In this document: positions 1 to 7,596 of the stretch, in pieces | How the letters are laid out: each line of letters opens with the position of its first letter | Numbering within the stretch: the stretch's first letter is position 1 | DNA from: an uncultured Clostridia bacterium | GTDB lineage: Bacteria > Bacillota > Clostridia > Christensenellales > Borkfalkiaceae | NCBI GenBank assembly: GCA_944328665.1 | Contig: CALVHS010000030.1 | Location: 12,951 to 76,950, forward strand | Length of the DNA: 64,000 nucleotides | Direction: 5' to 3' | Made by a program: the position numbers and the translations under genes | The notes under the pieces: generated by a model | Databases searched by the model: none | Told to the model about the DNA's origin: nothing | Seen by the model: only the letters and a program-made list of their open reading frames with translations

Positions 1-1634
1 TCGCCTCGCTGATCGGCATCATTCAGCCCGCCTTTTCGCGCATCTTTCTGGATCGGCTCTTGACGGGGGAAAATCCGGACTGGCTGATCCCGTTTTTGGT
101 CGCGTTCGGCTTGCTGGCGGCGGTACAGCTCCTCATGGCATGGATACAAGCGGTGTGGTCGCTGCGGATCGACGGAAAGATGTCGGTGACGGGCAGCGCG
201 ACGTTCATGTGGAAGGTGCTGCGCATGCCGATGGTGTTTTTTTCGCAGCGCATGGCGGGGGACATCCAGCAGAGGGAGGGTTCGAATGCCAGCATTGCGG
301 GTTCCCTCGTCAACACGTTTGCCCCGCTCGTATTGGATACGGTCATGATGGTGTTTTACCTCGTCGTCATGCTCCGTTACAGCTGGATATTGACGCTCGT
401 CGGCATTGGCTCTATCCTCATCAACATGATCGTGGCGCGGCTGATATCGAAAAAGCGCGTCAACATCACCCGCGTGCAGATGCGCGACGCGGGCAAACTT
501 GCGGGCGCGTCGGTCGCCGGCATCGAGATGATCGAAACGATCAAGGCGAGCGGCGCCGAAAACGGCTATTTTGAAAAGTGGGCGGGCTATCAGGCGAGCG
601 TCAACACGCAGAAGGTCAAATTTTCCCGCCTCAACCAATATCTCGGGCTGATCCCCATGTTCGTTTCGAGCCTTTCCAATACGGCGGTTCTGGTCCTCGG
701 CGTGTGGCTGACCATGCAGGGGCAGTTCACGGTCGGCATGGTCATGGCGTTCCAAGGATTTTTGAACTCCTTTACCGCCCCCGCCGAAAAGCTCATCTCC
801 GCCGGTCAGACCCTGCAGGAGATGCGCACGGAAATGGAGCGGGTAGAGGACGTGATGCAGTACCCGACGGACGTCGAATTCACGGACGAAGGGGAGGACG
901 CCGAATACGACAAACTCAGCGGGCTCGTGGAGATGAAAAACGTCACGTTCGGCTATTCCAAACTCGCCCCGCCGCTCATTGAAAATTTCAACCTCACGTT
1001 AAAGCCGGGGAGCCGCGTGGCGTTCGTAGGGCCGTCCGGGTGCGGAAAGTCCACCCTTTCCAAGCTGATCTCCGGGCTGTATCGGCCGTGGAGCGGCGAG
1101 ATCCTGTTTGACGGAAAACCGATCTCCGCCATCGACCGCAGCGTGTTTACGGGTTCTCTGGCGGTCGTCGACCAGGATATCATCCTCTTTGAAGATACCA
1201 TCGCCAACAACATCAAGATGTGGGACTCGTCCATCGAAGATTTCGAGATGATCATGGCGGCGCGCGACGCAAAACTGCACGAGGATATCATGCAGCGCGA
1301 GGGCGGGTATCAATATAAGATCACGGAAGGCGGCAAAGATTTTTCGGGCGGGCAGCGCCAACGTATAGAGATCGCCCGCGTTCTTGCGCAGGATCCGACC
1401 ATCATCATCATGGACGAGGCGACGAGCGCGCTCGATGCAAAGACGGAATACGAGGTCGTAAATTCCATCAAGGAGCGGGGGATCACCTGCATCGTCGTGG
1501 CGCACAGGCTGTCCACCGTGCGTGACTGTGACGAGATCATCGTCATGGATAACGGCAGGGTGGTGGAACGCGGCACCCACGAAGAGCTCTATGCCTTGGG
1601 GGGCGCGTATACAAAACTTGTTTCCAGCGATTAA
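1..1634 (+). CDS. Bacteriocin/RiPP-type ABC exporter, permease + ATPase (N-terminus lies upstream of the window)
   Basis: The frame is open from the window edge (first full codon at nt 3), so the listed TTG at 60 is internal. A hydrophobic TMD is followed by an NBD with Walker A GPSGCGKST, signature FSGGQRQR and Walker B IIIMDEATSALD. The stop lies 9 nt before the SD+ATG of a second ABC gene. Confidence 0.9.
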   Translation, partial: ASLIGIIQPAFSRIFLDRLLTGENPDWLIPFLVAFGLLAAVQLLMAWIQAVWSLRIDGKMSVTGSATFMWKVLRMPMVFFSQRMAGDIQQREGSNASIAGSLVNTFAPLVLDTVMMVFYLVVMLRYSWILTLVGIGSILINMIVARLISKKRVNITRVQMRDAGKLAGASVAGIEMIETIKASGAENGYFEKWAGYQASVNTQKVKFSRLNQYLGLIPMFVSSLSNTAVLVLGVWLTMQGQFTVGMVMAFQGFLNSFTAPAEKLISAGQTLQEMRTEMERVEDVMQYPTDVEFTDEGEDAEYDKLSGLVEMKNVTFGYSKLAPPLIENFNLTLKPGSRVAFVGPSGCGKSTLSKLISGLYRPWSGEILFDGKPISAIDRSVFTGSLAVVDQDIILFEDTIANNIKMWDSSIEDFEMIMAARDAKLHEDIMQREGGYQYKITEGGKDFSGGQRQRIEIARVLAQDPTIIIMDEATSALDAKTEYEVVNSIKERGITCIVVAHRLSTVRDCDEIIVMDNGRVVERGTHEELYALGGAYTKLVSSD

Positions 1635-1643
1635 GGAGAGCAT

Positions 1644-3854
1644 ATGGGCTGGTTCGACGAACAAATAAAACAGAGAAAACAGAACGACGACGAGATGTTT
1701 GCCGAGGCGTTTGCGGGGATCGCGGGCGCGGTGACGGGAGAAAAGCTCTCGGCGCTCGACAGCGGCGAGCAGAGGACGAAAAACGCCGTCGGCGAGATCT
1801 TGCGCTATTATCGCGTCAAGCCGTGCGAGGTGCCCGATTCTGTCAAGGACATCAACGAGCGGTTGGAATATCTGCTGCGGCCGCACGGGATCATGCGCCG
1901 TACGGTCAAGCTGGAAAAGGGGTGGTACAAAGAGGCGGTCGGCGCGATGCTGGCGATCAAAAGATCGGACGGGTCTGCGGTGGCGCTGCTTCCGTCCGGC
2001 TTCGCGGGCTATACCTATTTCGACAGCGAAAAGGGCAAGCGTGTGCGGATCGATCGCAAGACGCAGGCGCTGTTCGAGGAGGAAGCGATCGCCTTTTATC
2101 CTTCGTTTCCTCTCAAAAAGATCGGGATGAAAGATCTGGCGGTGCATATCGTCAAGTCTCTGTCTGTCGCCGACTTTTTGCTGATCGCCCTGGCGTCGCT
2201 GGCGGTCGCCCTGGTGGGCTTGCTGTCGCCGAAATTGACGAACCTGCTCTTTTCCGACGTTTTGGAGAGCGGCAGCCTGCGGCTTTTGACGGCGATCGCC
2301 GTCTTTATGATCTGCGTGTCCGTCTCGTCCCTCTTGATCGGCGGCATAAAGTCTTTGCTGATGGCGCGCATCAACACCAAGATGGGCCTGTCCGTGCAGG
2401 CGGCGACGATGATGCGCATCCTCTCCCTCCCCGCCGATTTTTTCAAAGGATACAGCGCGGGCGACCTCGCTTCGCGCGCAAGCAACGTGCAGTCGCTGTG
2501 CAACATGCTCATATCCACCGTGCTTTCCACGGGGCTTACTTCGGTCTTTTCCGTGGTATACATCGGGCAGATCTTCGCCTATGCGCCCGCATTGGTGGCG
2601 CCCGCGCTCTTGGTGATCGCGGCGACGATCGTCGTTTCCATCCTGACCACGTATGCGCAGCTGCGGGTGAGCAGGCAGCAGATGCAGCTCGGCGCGGAAG
2701 AAAGCGGCTTGACGTACGCCCTCATTTCGGGCGTGCAGAAGATCAAACTGGCGGGCGCGGAAAAGCGCGCTTTTGCCAAATGGGGGAATCAGTTTGCGAA
2801 GTCTGCGCGCCTCGAATACGATCCTCCCGCGTTTTTGAAGTTCAACAGCGTCATCACTTCCGCCGTTTCTATGGCGGGAACGATCGCGATGTATTATTTT
2901 GCGGTGAAGAGCGGCGTCAGCGTCGCCGATTACTATGCGTTCAACGTCGCGTACGGCATGGTCTCGGGCGCGTTCATGTCTTTGGCGAGCATCGCATTGA
3001 CGGCGGCGAACATCAAACCCGTCTTTGAAATGATCAAACCCATCCTCGACGCCTGTCCGGAAGTTTCGGAAGGGAAGCGCGTCATCGAGCGCCTTTCGGG
3101 CGGGATCGAGCTCAACAACGTGAGCTTCCGCTATAACGAGAACATGCCGCCCGTCGTGGATAACCTGTCGCTGAAGATCCGCCCGGGGCAGTATGTCGCG
3201 CTCGTGGGCGCGACCGGGTGCGGAAAATCTACCCTTATGCGCCTGATGCTCGGCTTTGAAACGCCGCAAAAGGGGGCGATCTACTATGACGGCAAAGATC
3301 TTTCGTCCATCGATCTCAAATCGCTGCGCCGCAAGATCGGGGTCGTCATGCAGAACGGAAAGCTGTTTTCGGGCGACGTGTTCTCCAATATCACGATCTC
3401 CGCGCCCTGGCTGACGCTGGACGACGCGTGGGAAGCCGCAGAACTCGCGGGCATCGCCGAAGATATCCGCCGCATGCCGATGGGGATGCACACGATCATC
3501 TCCGAAGGTTCCGGCGGGGTGTCCGGCGGGCAGCGGCAGCGCCTGATGATCGCCCGCGCGATCGCGCCGAAACCCAAGGTGCTGATGTTCGACGAGGCGA
3601 CGAGCGCGCTCGATAATTTGACGCAAAAGAGGGTCTCGGACAGCCTGGATCGGCTGAAATGTACGAGGATCGTGATCGCGCACAGGCTTTCCACCATCCG
3701 CAGCTGCGACCGTATTTTGTATTTGGAAGGCGGCAAGATCATTGAGGACGGCAATTATGAAGAACTGATCGCCAAAGACGGAAAATTTGCCGAACTTGTC
3801 GCTCGGCAGCGGTTGGACGATACGGAATATGTGGGAAAGACGACGCTTTTTTGA
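1644..3854 (+). CDS. Second ABC exporter subunit, permease + ATPase with a ~165-aa N-terminal extension
   Basis: SD aaggagag precedes the ATG. The protein has an N-terminal soluble segment, then a TMD, then an NBD (GATGCGKST, VSGGQRQR, LMFDEATSALD). The paired arrangement with the upstream ABC gene resembles two-ABC NHLM/Nif11-type export sets (family names recalled, not searched). Confidence 0.9.
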   Translation: MGWFDEQIKQRKQNDDEMFAEAFAGIAGAVTGEKLSALDSGEQRTKNAVGEILRYYRVKPCEVPDSVKDINERLEYLLRPHGIMRRTVKLEKGWYKEAVGAMLAIKRSDGSAVALLPSGFAGYTYFDSEKGKRVRIDRKTQALFEEEAIAFYPSFPLKKIGMKDLAVHIVKSLSVADFLLIALASLAVALVGLLSPKLTNLLFSDVLESGSLRLLTAIAVFMICVSVSSLLIGGIKSLLMARINTKMGLSVQAATMMRILSLPADFFKGYSAGDLASRASNVQSLCNMLISTVLSTGLTSVFSVVYIGQIFAYAPALVAPALLVIAATIVVSILTTYAQLRVSRQQMQLGAEESGLTYALISGVQKIKLAGAEKRAFAKWGNQFAKSARLEYDPPAFLKFNSVITSAVSMAGTIAMYYFAVKSGVSVADYYAFNVAYGMVSGAFMSLASIALTAANIKPVFEMIKPILDACPEVSEGKRVIERLSGGIELNNVSFRYNENMPPVVDNLSLKIRPGQYVALVGATGCGKSTLMRLMLGFETPQKGAIYYDGKDLSSIDLKSLRRKIGVVMQNGKLFSGDVFSNITISAPWLTLDDAWEAAELAGIAEDIRRMPMGMHTIISEGSGGVSGGQRQRLMIARAIAPKPKVLMFDEATSALDNLTQKRVSDSLDRLKCTRIVIAHRLSTIRSCDRILYLEGGKIIEDGNYEELIAKDGKFAELVARQRLDDTEYVGKTTLF

Positions 3855-3969
3855 AAATTTTTTCAAAAAAGCCGTCCATCGGCGGCGCTCGCACGTATTA
3901 ATAATGGAAAGAAAAAACCGCTTCGGGAAAATTTTCGCGGGCAGATAAAGATCAGACACGGAGACAAAA

Positions 3970-4177
3970 ATGACGGAAGCAGACGAACAGCCGCTCGCAA
4001 AGGCGGCAAGATCCTCCGAAAAACCGATGGCTCTCGCCCAAGAAAACGGTATGTTCGGACGCGTTTGCAGCGGCGCGCAGATGCTGTCCGCCCCCCCCCG
4101 GGATATGTAGATCGTGCAAGTATAAGGCGTATGAAAAGGGACTGCGGGTGCGCAATGCCCCCGCAAATATAAAATAA
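3970..4177 (+). pseudogene. Decayed precursor-peptide copy (truncated leader plus Cys-less tail)
   Basis: The 46-codon ORF 3970-4110 reads ..PLAKAARSSEKPMALAQENGMF.., which parallels the leader segment EKARAAKSAKELMSLAKENGVEM. Nt 4115-4177 read CKYKAYEKGLRVRNAPANIK*, the conserved tail with its Cys residues replaced. The middle of the gene is missing. Confidence 0.7.
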
Positions 4178-4195
4178 GATATCGGAGGATACAAA

Positions 4196-4612
4196 ATGGA
4201 AAACGAGGAACTGATGGAAAAGGCAAGGGCGGCAAAGAGTGCCAAGGAGCTGATGTCTCTCGCCAAAGAAAACGGCGTGGAGATGACGGAAGAAGAGGCG
4301 CAGGCGTACTTTTCGCAGCTCAACAAGAGCGGCGAACTTGCCGACGACGAACTCGATTCGGTCGCGGGCGGCGGCTGCCATTCGGGCGGCGGCAAGCTGG
4401 TGGTCACCGTAGGCACCCAAAAGGACTGCTTTGTCTGCAAACACTGCGGCGCAACGGCGGAGAAAAACTTTGTCCCCGAGGGGCTCATGGCGATCACGGG
4501 GTATTCCCACTACTGCAAGGGGAAGAATATTATCTCCAACTGCGGTAACTGCAAATATTGCAACTACGAAAAAGGGCTTTGGGTGTGCAACAACCCCGTC
4601 AACATGAAGTAA
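4196..4612 (+). CDS. RiPP precursor P1: Nif11-like leader (aa 1-60, ..ELDSVAGGG) plus 78-aa core with 9 Cys
   Basis: SD ggagga precedes the ATG. The leader MENEELMEKARAAKSAKELMSLAKENGVEMTEEEAQAYFSQLNKSGELADDELDSVAGGG has the Nif11-leader look and a double-glycine end. The core contains CFVCKHC and CGNCKYC knuckles and the tail EKGLWVCNNPVNMK. Confidence 0.88.
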   Translation: MENEELMEKARAAKSAKELMSLAKENGVEMTEEEAQAYFSQLNKSGELADDELDSVAGGGCHSGGGKLVVTVGTQKDCFVCKHCGATAEKNFVPEGLMAITGYSHYCKGKNIISNCGNCKYCNYEKGLWVCNNPVNMK

Positions 4613-4633
4613 ATCATATCGGAGGATTTTAAG

Positions 4634-5011
4634 ATGGACGAAAAACTCATTGAAAGGGCAAGGGCGGCAAAGAGTGCCAAGGAGCTGATGTCTCTCGCCA
4701 AAGAAAGCGGCACGGAGATAACGGAAGAGGAGGCGCAGGCGTACTTTGCGCAGCTCAACAAGAGCGGCGAACTTGCCGACGAGGAGTTGGATAACGTCGC
4801 GGGCGGCGGCTGCCACGCAAAGGACGGCAGATTGGTGGTCACGATCCATTACAGCTGCGAACAGTTCGTCTGTAAGTCTTGCGGGCGTTCGGGCAAACAT
4901 ACCCACCACGTGGGCAACATCGTGACCGTTTACCCCGCCTGCGAGATCTGTAAATACTGCACCCATGAAAAGGGCTTGTGGCTTTGCAACAATCCCGCCA
5001 ATATAAAATAA
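4634..5011 (+). CDS. RiPP precursor P2: Nif11-like leader (aa 1-59) plus 66-aa core with 8 Cys
   Basis: SD ggagga precedes the ATG. The leader is nearly identical to P1 at the DNA level. The core contains CEQFVCKSC and CEICKYC, and the tail is EKGLWLCNNPANIK. Confidence 0.88.
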   Translation: MDEKLIERARAAKSAKELMSLAKESGTEITEEEAQAYFAQLNKSGELADEELDNVAGGGCHAKDGRLVVTIHYSCEQFVCKSCGRSGKHTHHVGNIVTVYPACEICKYCTHEKGLWLCNNPANIK

Positions 5012-5028
5012 AAAAGGAGAATACGAAA

Positions 5029-5463
5029 ATGGAAAACAAGGAACTTTTACAAAAGGCAAAAGAAGCGAAGTCTGCCGAAGAACTGATGACGATTGCCAAA
5101 GAAAACGGGGTGGAACTGACGGAAGAGGAGGCGTCGGAATATTTCGCGCGGCTGAATGTAAGCGGCGAACTTGCCGACGAGGAGTTGGATAACGTCGCGG
5201 GCGGCGGCTGCCAGACGAGCGTCAACGGAGAAAAATATACGGTCGTCACGTCGGGGCAGCGCTGTTTCAACGGCGGGTATGAAAACAACATCGAGACCGA
5301 ATTTTCCGTGAGCGGCAACGCCGTCAAGGTGCCCGCCTATACGACGGATCATTTGTCGCTGCGCTGTACGTGGTCAGATTTTTCGTCGGAAGGCTGCTGC
5401 GGATATTGCCGCCATCTGCAATTTAAGGGCGCCACGGGCTATTGCGGAAAATCTGCCAAGTAA
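5029..5463 (+). CDS. RiPP precursor P3: same leader (aa 1-60) plus a divergent 84-aa core with 7 Cys
   Basis: The internal ATG at 5029 is preceded by SD aaggaga, so the listed upstream start at 4978 overlaps the P2 tail and is unlikely. The leader ends ELDNVAGGG. The core (CQTSVNGEKYTVV...GCCGYCRHLQFKGATGYCGKSAK) lacks the P1/P2 tail motif. Confidence 0.85.
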   Translation: MENKELLQKAKEAKSAEELMTIAKENGVELTEEEASEYFARLNVSGELADEELDNVAGGGCQTSVNGEKYTVVTSGQRCFNGGYENNIETEFSVSGNAVKVPAYTTDHLSLRCTWSDFSSEGCCGYCRHLQFKGATGYCGKSAK

Positions 5464-5491
5464 AGAGCGGACGGCACGCAGGGCGGTGATT

Positions 5492-5607
5492 TGCTCTGCA
5501 AATTCTGCTGCGAGAGCGCTGCAGGCGTCAGATGCCGCCTGCAGCGACTGTAAATATTGCCCTCACAAAAAGGCCTGTGGTCCTGCGATGACACTGCAAA
5601 TATAAAT
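5492..5607 (+). pseudogene. Leaderless 3' remnant of a P1/P2-type core
   Basis: The remnant reads ..ACSDCKYCPHKK then shifts frame. Restoring one nt gives KKGLWSCDDTANI, which parallels CKYC..EKGLW.CNNP.NIK. No leader or start codon is present. Confidence 0.6.
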
Positions 5608-5622
5608 AAGGAAATCAAAACA

Positions 5623-6045
5623 ATGGCAAACAGCGAACTTATGGAAAAGGCAAAGCGGCAAAAAGCGCCTAAGAACTGATGACGATCGCCAAAGGAAACG
5701 GCATGGAACTTTCGGAAGAGGAGGCGGCAGCCTGCTTTGCGCAGCTCAACAAGAGCGGCGAACTTGCCGACGAGGAATTGGATAACGTCGCGGGCGGCGG
5801 CTGCGTGGCGACAGGGTTGTCGAAAATTGACGCGAATAACGAAGCCGGGCGACAGGATAACCATCACAGATGGTTATGAAAACAAACGGTGTAATATGCA
5901 GGAATGCAAAAACGTGATATTCGTGGTCGATCGCGTCGACGAATATAGTGTGCATTATCACTGCGAAAAGTGCGGGCGCGAGAGACTTAACGCGACATGT
6001 TATATTGAAATATTTATAAAGCATTGTTGCAACTCGGCATTTTAA
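5623..6045 (+). pseudogene. Fourth precursor copy, disrupted by a leader frameshift, an in-frame TAA and a core frameshift
   Basis: The ATG at 5623 gives MANSELMEKAK, then the frame slips. The continuing leader frame carries a TAA at 5670-5672 before ELMTIAKGNGMELSEEEAAACFAQLNKSGELADEELDNVAGGGC. After GGGC the plausible Cys-rich core (..ITITDGYENKRCNMQECKN...HYHCEKCG...KHCCNSAF*) continues in another frame to 6045. Confidence 0.7.
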
Positions 6046-6049
6046 GATT

Positions 6050-7447
6050 ATGAAATACATTCTCAATCCGAACGTCGCCCTGCGCAGTTGGCGGCTGGTG
6101 CCCTATGCTTACTACATACGGCATCGCCGCGACGCGCTGGGGCTGAGACAGGAAGAATTCGAACTGTTGAAAAAGTGCGACGGCGAATATGAATTTTCCG
6201 CCGAAGAGGAGGCCGTGCTCCGCCCGCTGGCGGAGCGCGGGCTTGCCTTCCCCGCAAAGGGCGGCGAGCGGCTCGGCGAGTGGCAAAGGCACAGGATTTG
6301 CGACAACCGCTACTTTCCGTCGTTGAGCTGGATGATCACGGGCAAGTGCAACTTTAACTGCCTGCATTGCTTTAACGCGGCGGACAACGCCCCGTTGATG
6401 AGCGAATTTTCTTGGGAAGAGGCGGAAAAGCTCATCGAAGAGGCGGAAAAATGCGGTATCAACGCCTTCACCCTCACGGGCGGAGAACCCATGCTGCACA
6501 AGCATTTTTTTGACATCGTCGAAAGCATCTACGCGCACGGCATGTATGTGCGGGAACTCAACACCAACGGGCATTTCATCACGCCCGAAAGCCTTGCCCG
6601 CCTGAAAGCCGTTGACGGCGATATCCGCATCAAGATCTCTTTCGACGGGATCGGTCATCACGATTGGCTCCGCAACCGCAAGGGGGCGGAAGAGGAGGCG
6701 CTGCGGGCGATCCGTCTCTCCGTCGGAGAGGGCTTTTTTACGCAGGTGCAGACGAACGTGCACCGTAAAAACCTCGATACCTTATTGCAGACGGCGGAGC
6801 GGATGGACGAGATGGGTGTGGAGCATATGCGCATCATCCGCACGACGGAAGCGCCCCGCTGGCTGCAAAACGCGGACGGCGCCACGCTCGATATCGGCGA
6901 ATATTACGATCGCATGGCAGAATTTTCACATGCGTATGCGCAAGTTCCGCACAAAATGAGCGTCGATATTTGGCAGTACGCGATGCTGTATCCCGCAGAG
7001 AGGGCGTACCGCGCCCGCCCCGTGGAGTACGCGGAGGGAGAGTTCCGCACCACCTTTCCCGTATGCCGCGGCAATCGCGGAATGGTCTCCGTAGACGCGA
7101 ACGGCGACATCGTTCCCTGCCATCAACTGTCCGGGTATTACGCGAAGCACGGCCTTTATATCGGGAACGTCAAAAAGGAAGGGCTGCAGCGCCTTTTGCA
7201 GAGCGGCGCTTATCTCGGGGAGGTATGTGCCACGCTGGGTACTTTGGCGCAGCGGAACGAGACGTGCGCTTCCTGCCGGTATTTCCGCTACTGCGGGGGC
7301 GGCTGCCGCGCCATCGCGCTCGCCTTTACGGGCGATAAGATGGGCAAAGACCCCGCCAAGTGTATCTTTTTCAAGCAGGGCTATTACGAGAACCTTGTGC
7401 GCGCCATGGGCGACTGGCGTGACCTTGCCCCCGTTGCGCGCGGGTGA
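6050..7447 (+). CDS. Radical SAM / SPASM-domain peptide maturase with a ~95-aa N-terminal (RRE-like) extension
   Basis: The CxxxCxxC motif is CNFNCLHC (Cys100/104/107), followed by a GGEP-type motif (TLTGGEP). A full SPASM pattern can be read directly: C-x12-G-x4-C (CRGNRGMVSVDANGDIVPC), then CASCRYFRYCGGGC (Cx2Cx5Cx3C), then a later KC. The N-terminal segment before the rSAM core is typical of precursor-recognition domains. Confidence 0.9.
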   Translation: MKYILNPNVALRSWRLVPYAYYIRHRRDALGLRQEEFELLKKCDGEYEFSAEEEAVLRPLAERGLAFPAKGGERLGEWQRHRICDNRYFPSLSWMITGKCNFNCLHCFNAADNAPLMSEFSWEEAEKLIEEAEKCGINAFTLTGGEPMLHKHFFDIVESIYAHGMYVRELNTNGHFITPESLARLKAVDGDIRIKISFDGIGHHDWLRNRKGAEEEALRAIRLSVGEGFFTQVQTNVHRKNLDTLLQTAERMDEMGVEHMRIIRTTEAPRWLQNADGATLDIGEYYDRMAEFSHAYAQVPHKMSVDIWQYAMLYPAERAYRARPVEYAEGEFRTTFPVCRGNRGMVSVDANGDIVPCHQLSGYYAKHGLYIGNVKKEGLQRLLQSGAYLGEVCATLGTLAQRNETCASCRYFRYCGGGCRAIALAFTGDKMGKDPAKCIFFKQGYYENLVRAMGDWRDLAPVARG

Positions 7448-7548
7448 TCATCATAAACGGGCGGGCGTTTACATGGCAGAGCCATTCCCGACGATCGAAA
7501 AAACAGGGGGGATCGCGCCGAAAAAGAGCGGCATGGAGAAAAACCGCC

Positions 7549-7581
7549 GGGCATCATGCGGGCTGTATGCCCGCATGATGC
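7549..7581 (+). terminator. Strong 14-bp hairpin after the maturase gene (non-canonical terminator candidate)
   Basis: The sequence is ggcatcatgcgggc-tgtat-gcccgcatgatgcc. No T-run follows on the + strand, so the termination function is uncertain. Confidence 0.45.
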
Positions 7582-7596
7582 CATAAAGGGGTAACG

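Larger units (their letters stand above)
3970..6045 (+). repeat. Tandem array of six related precursor-gene units (3 intact, 3 decayed)
   Basis: The leader-coding DNA recurs. P1 and P2 share a ~50-nt identical run (4222-4271 vs 4657-4706). P2 and P3 share a ~53-nt identical run (4763-4815 vs 5161-5213). The tail motif CKYC..EKGLW.CNNP.N.K and its decayed versions recur at 4115-4177, 4550-4612, 4949-5011 and 5549-5607. Confidence 0.85.

Noticed and set aside
4091-4099. A C9 homopolymer tract that could be a slippage or phase-variation site.
   Set aside because: It lies inside the already decayed precursor remnant (3970-4177). No intact frame would be switched by its length.
3970-4110. A 46-codon ORF as a possible functional short peptide or extra precursor.
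   Set aside because: It lacks the GG cleavage motif and a core. It aligns only to the first half of the leader, so it is best explained as a deletion remnant.
999-4235. Very long antisense ORFs: 999-4235 (1078 aa), 30756-33575 (939 aa), 44569-47019 (816 aa), 58246-60393 (715 aa), 25868-27823, 61436-63205 and many 100-500-aa ones.
   Set aside because: Each lies opposite a gene with clear motifs. Their translations are monotonously Arg/Gly/Pro/His/Asp-rich with no motifs or SDs. This is typical of stop-poor shadow frames in GC-rich DNA.
5896-6045. A residual 49-aa Cys-rich ORF (MQECKNVIF...HCCNSAF) as an independent gene.
   Set aside because: It has no SD and no leader. It is in frame with the decayed core of the fourth precursor. 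I keep it only as a caveat under that pseudogene.
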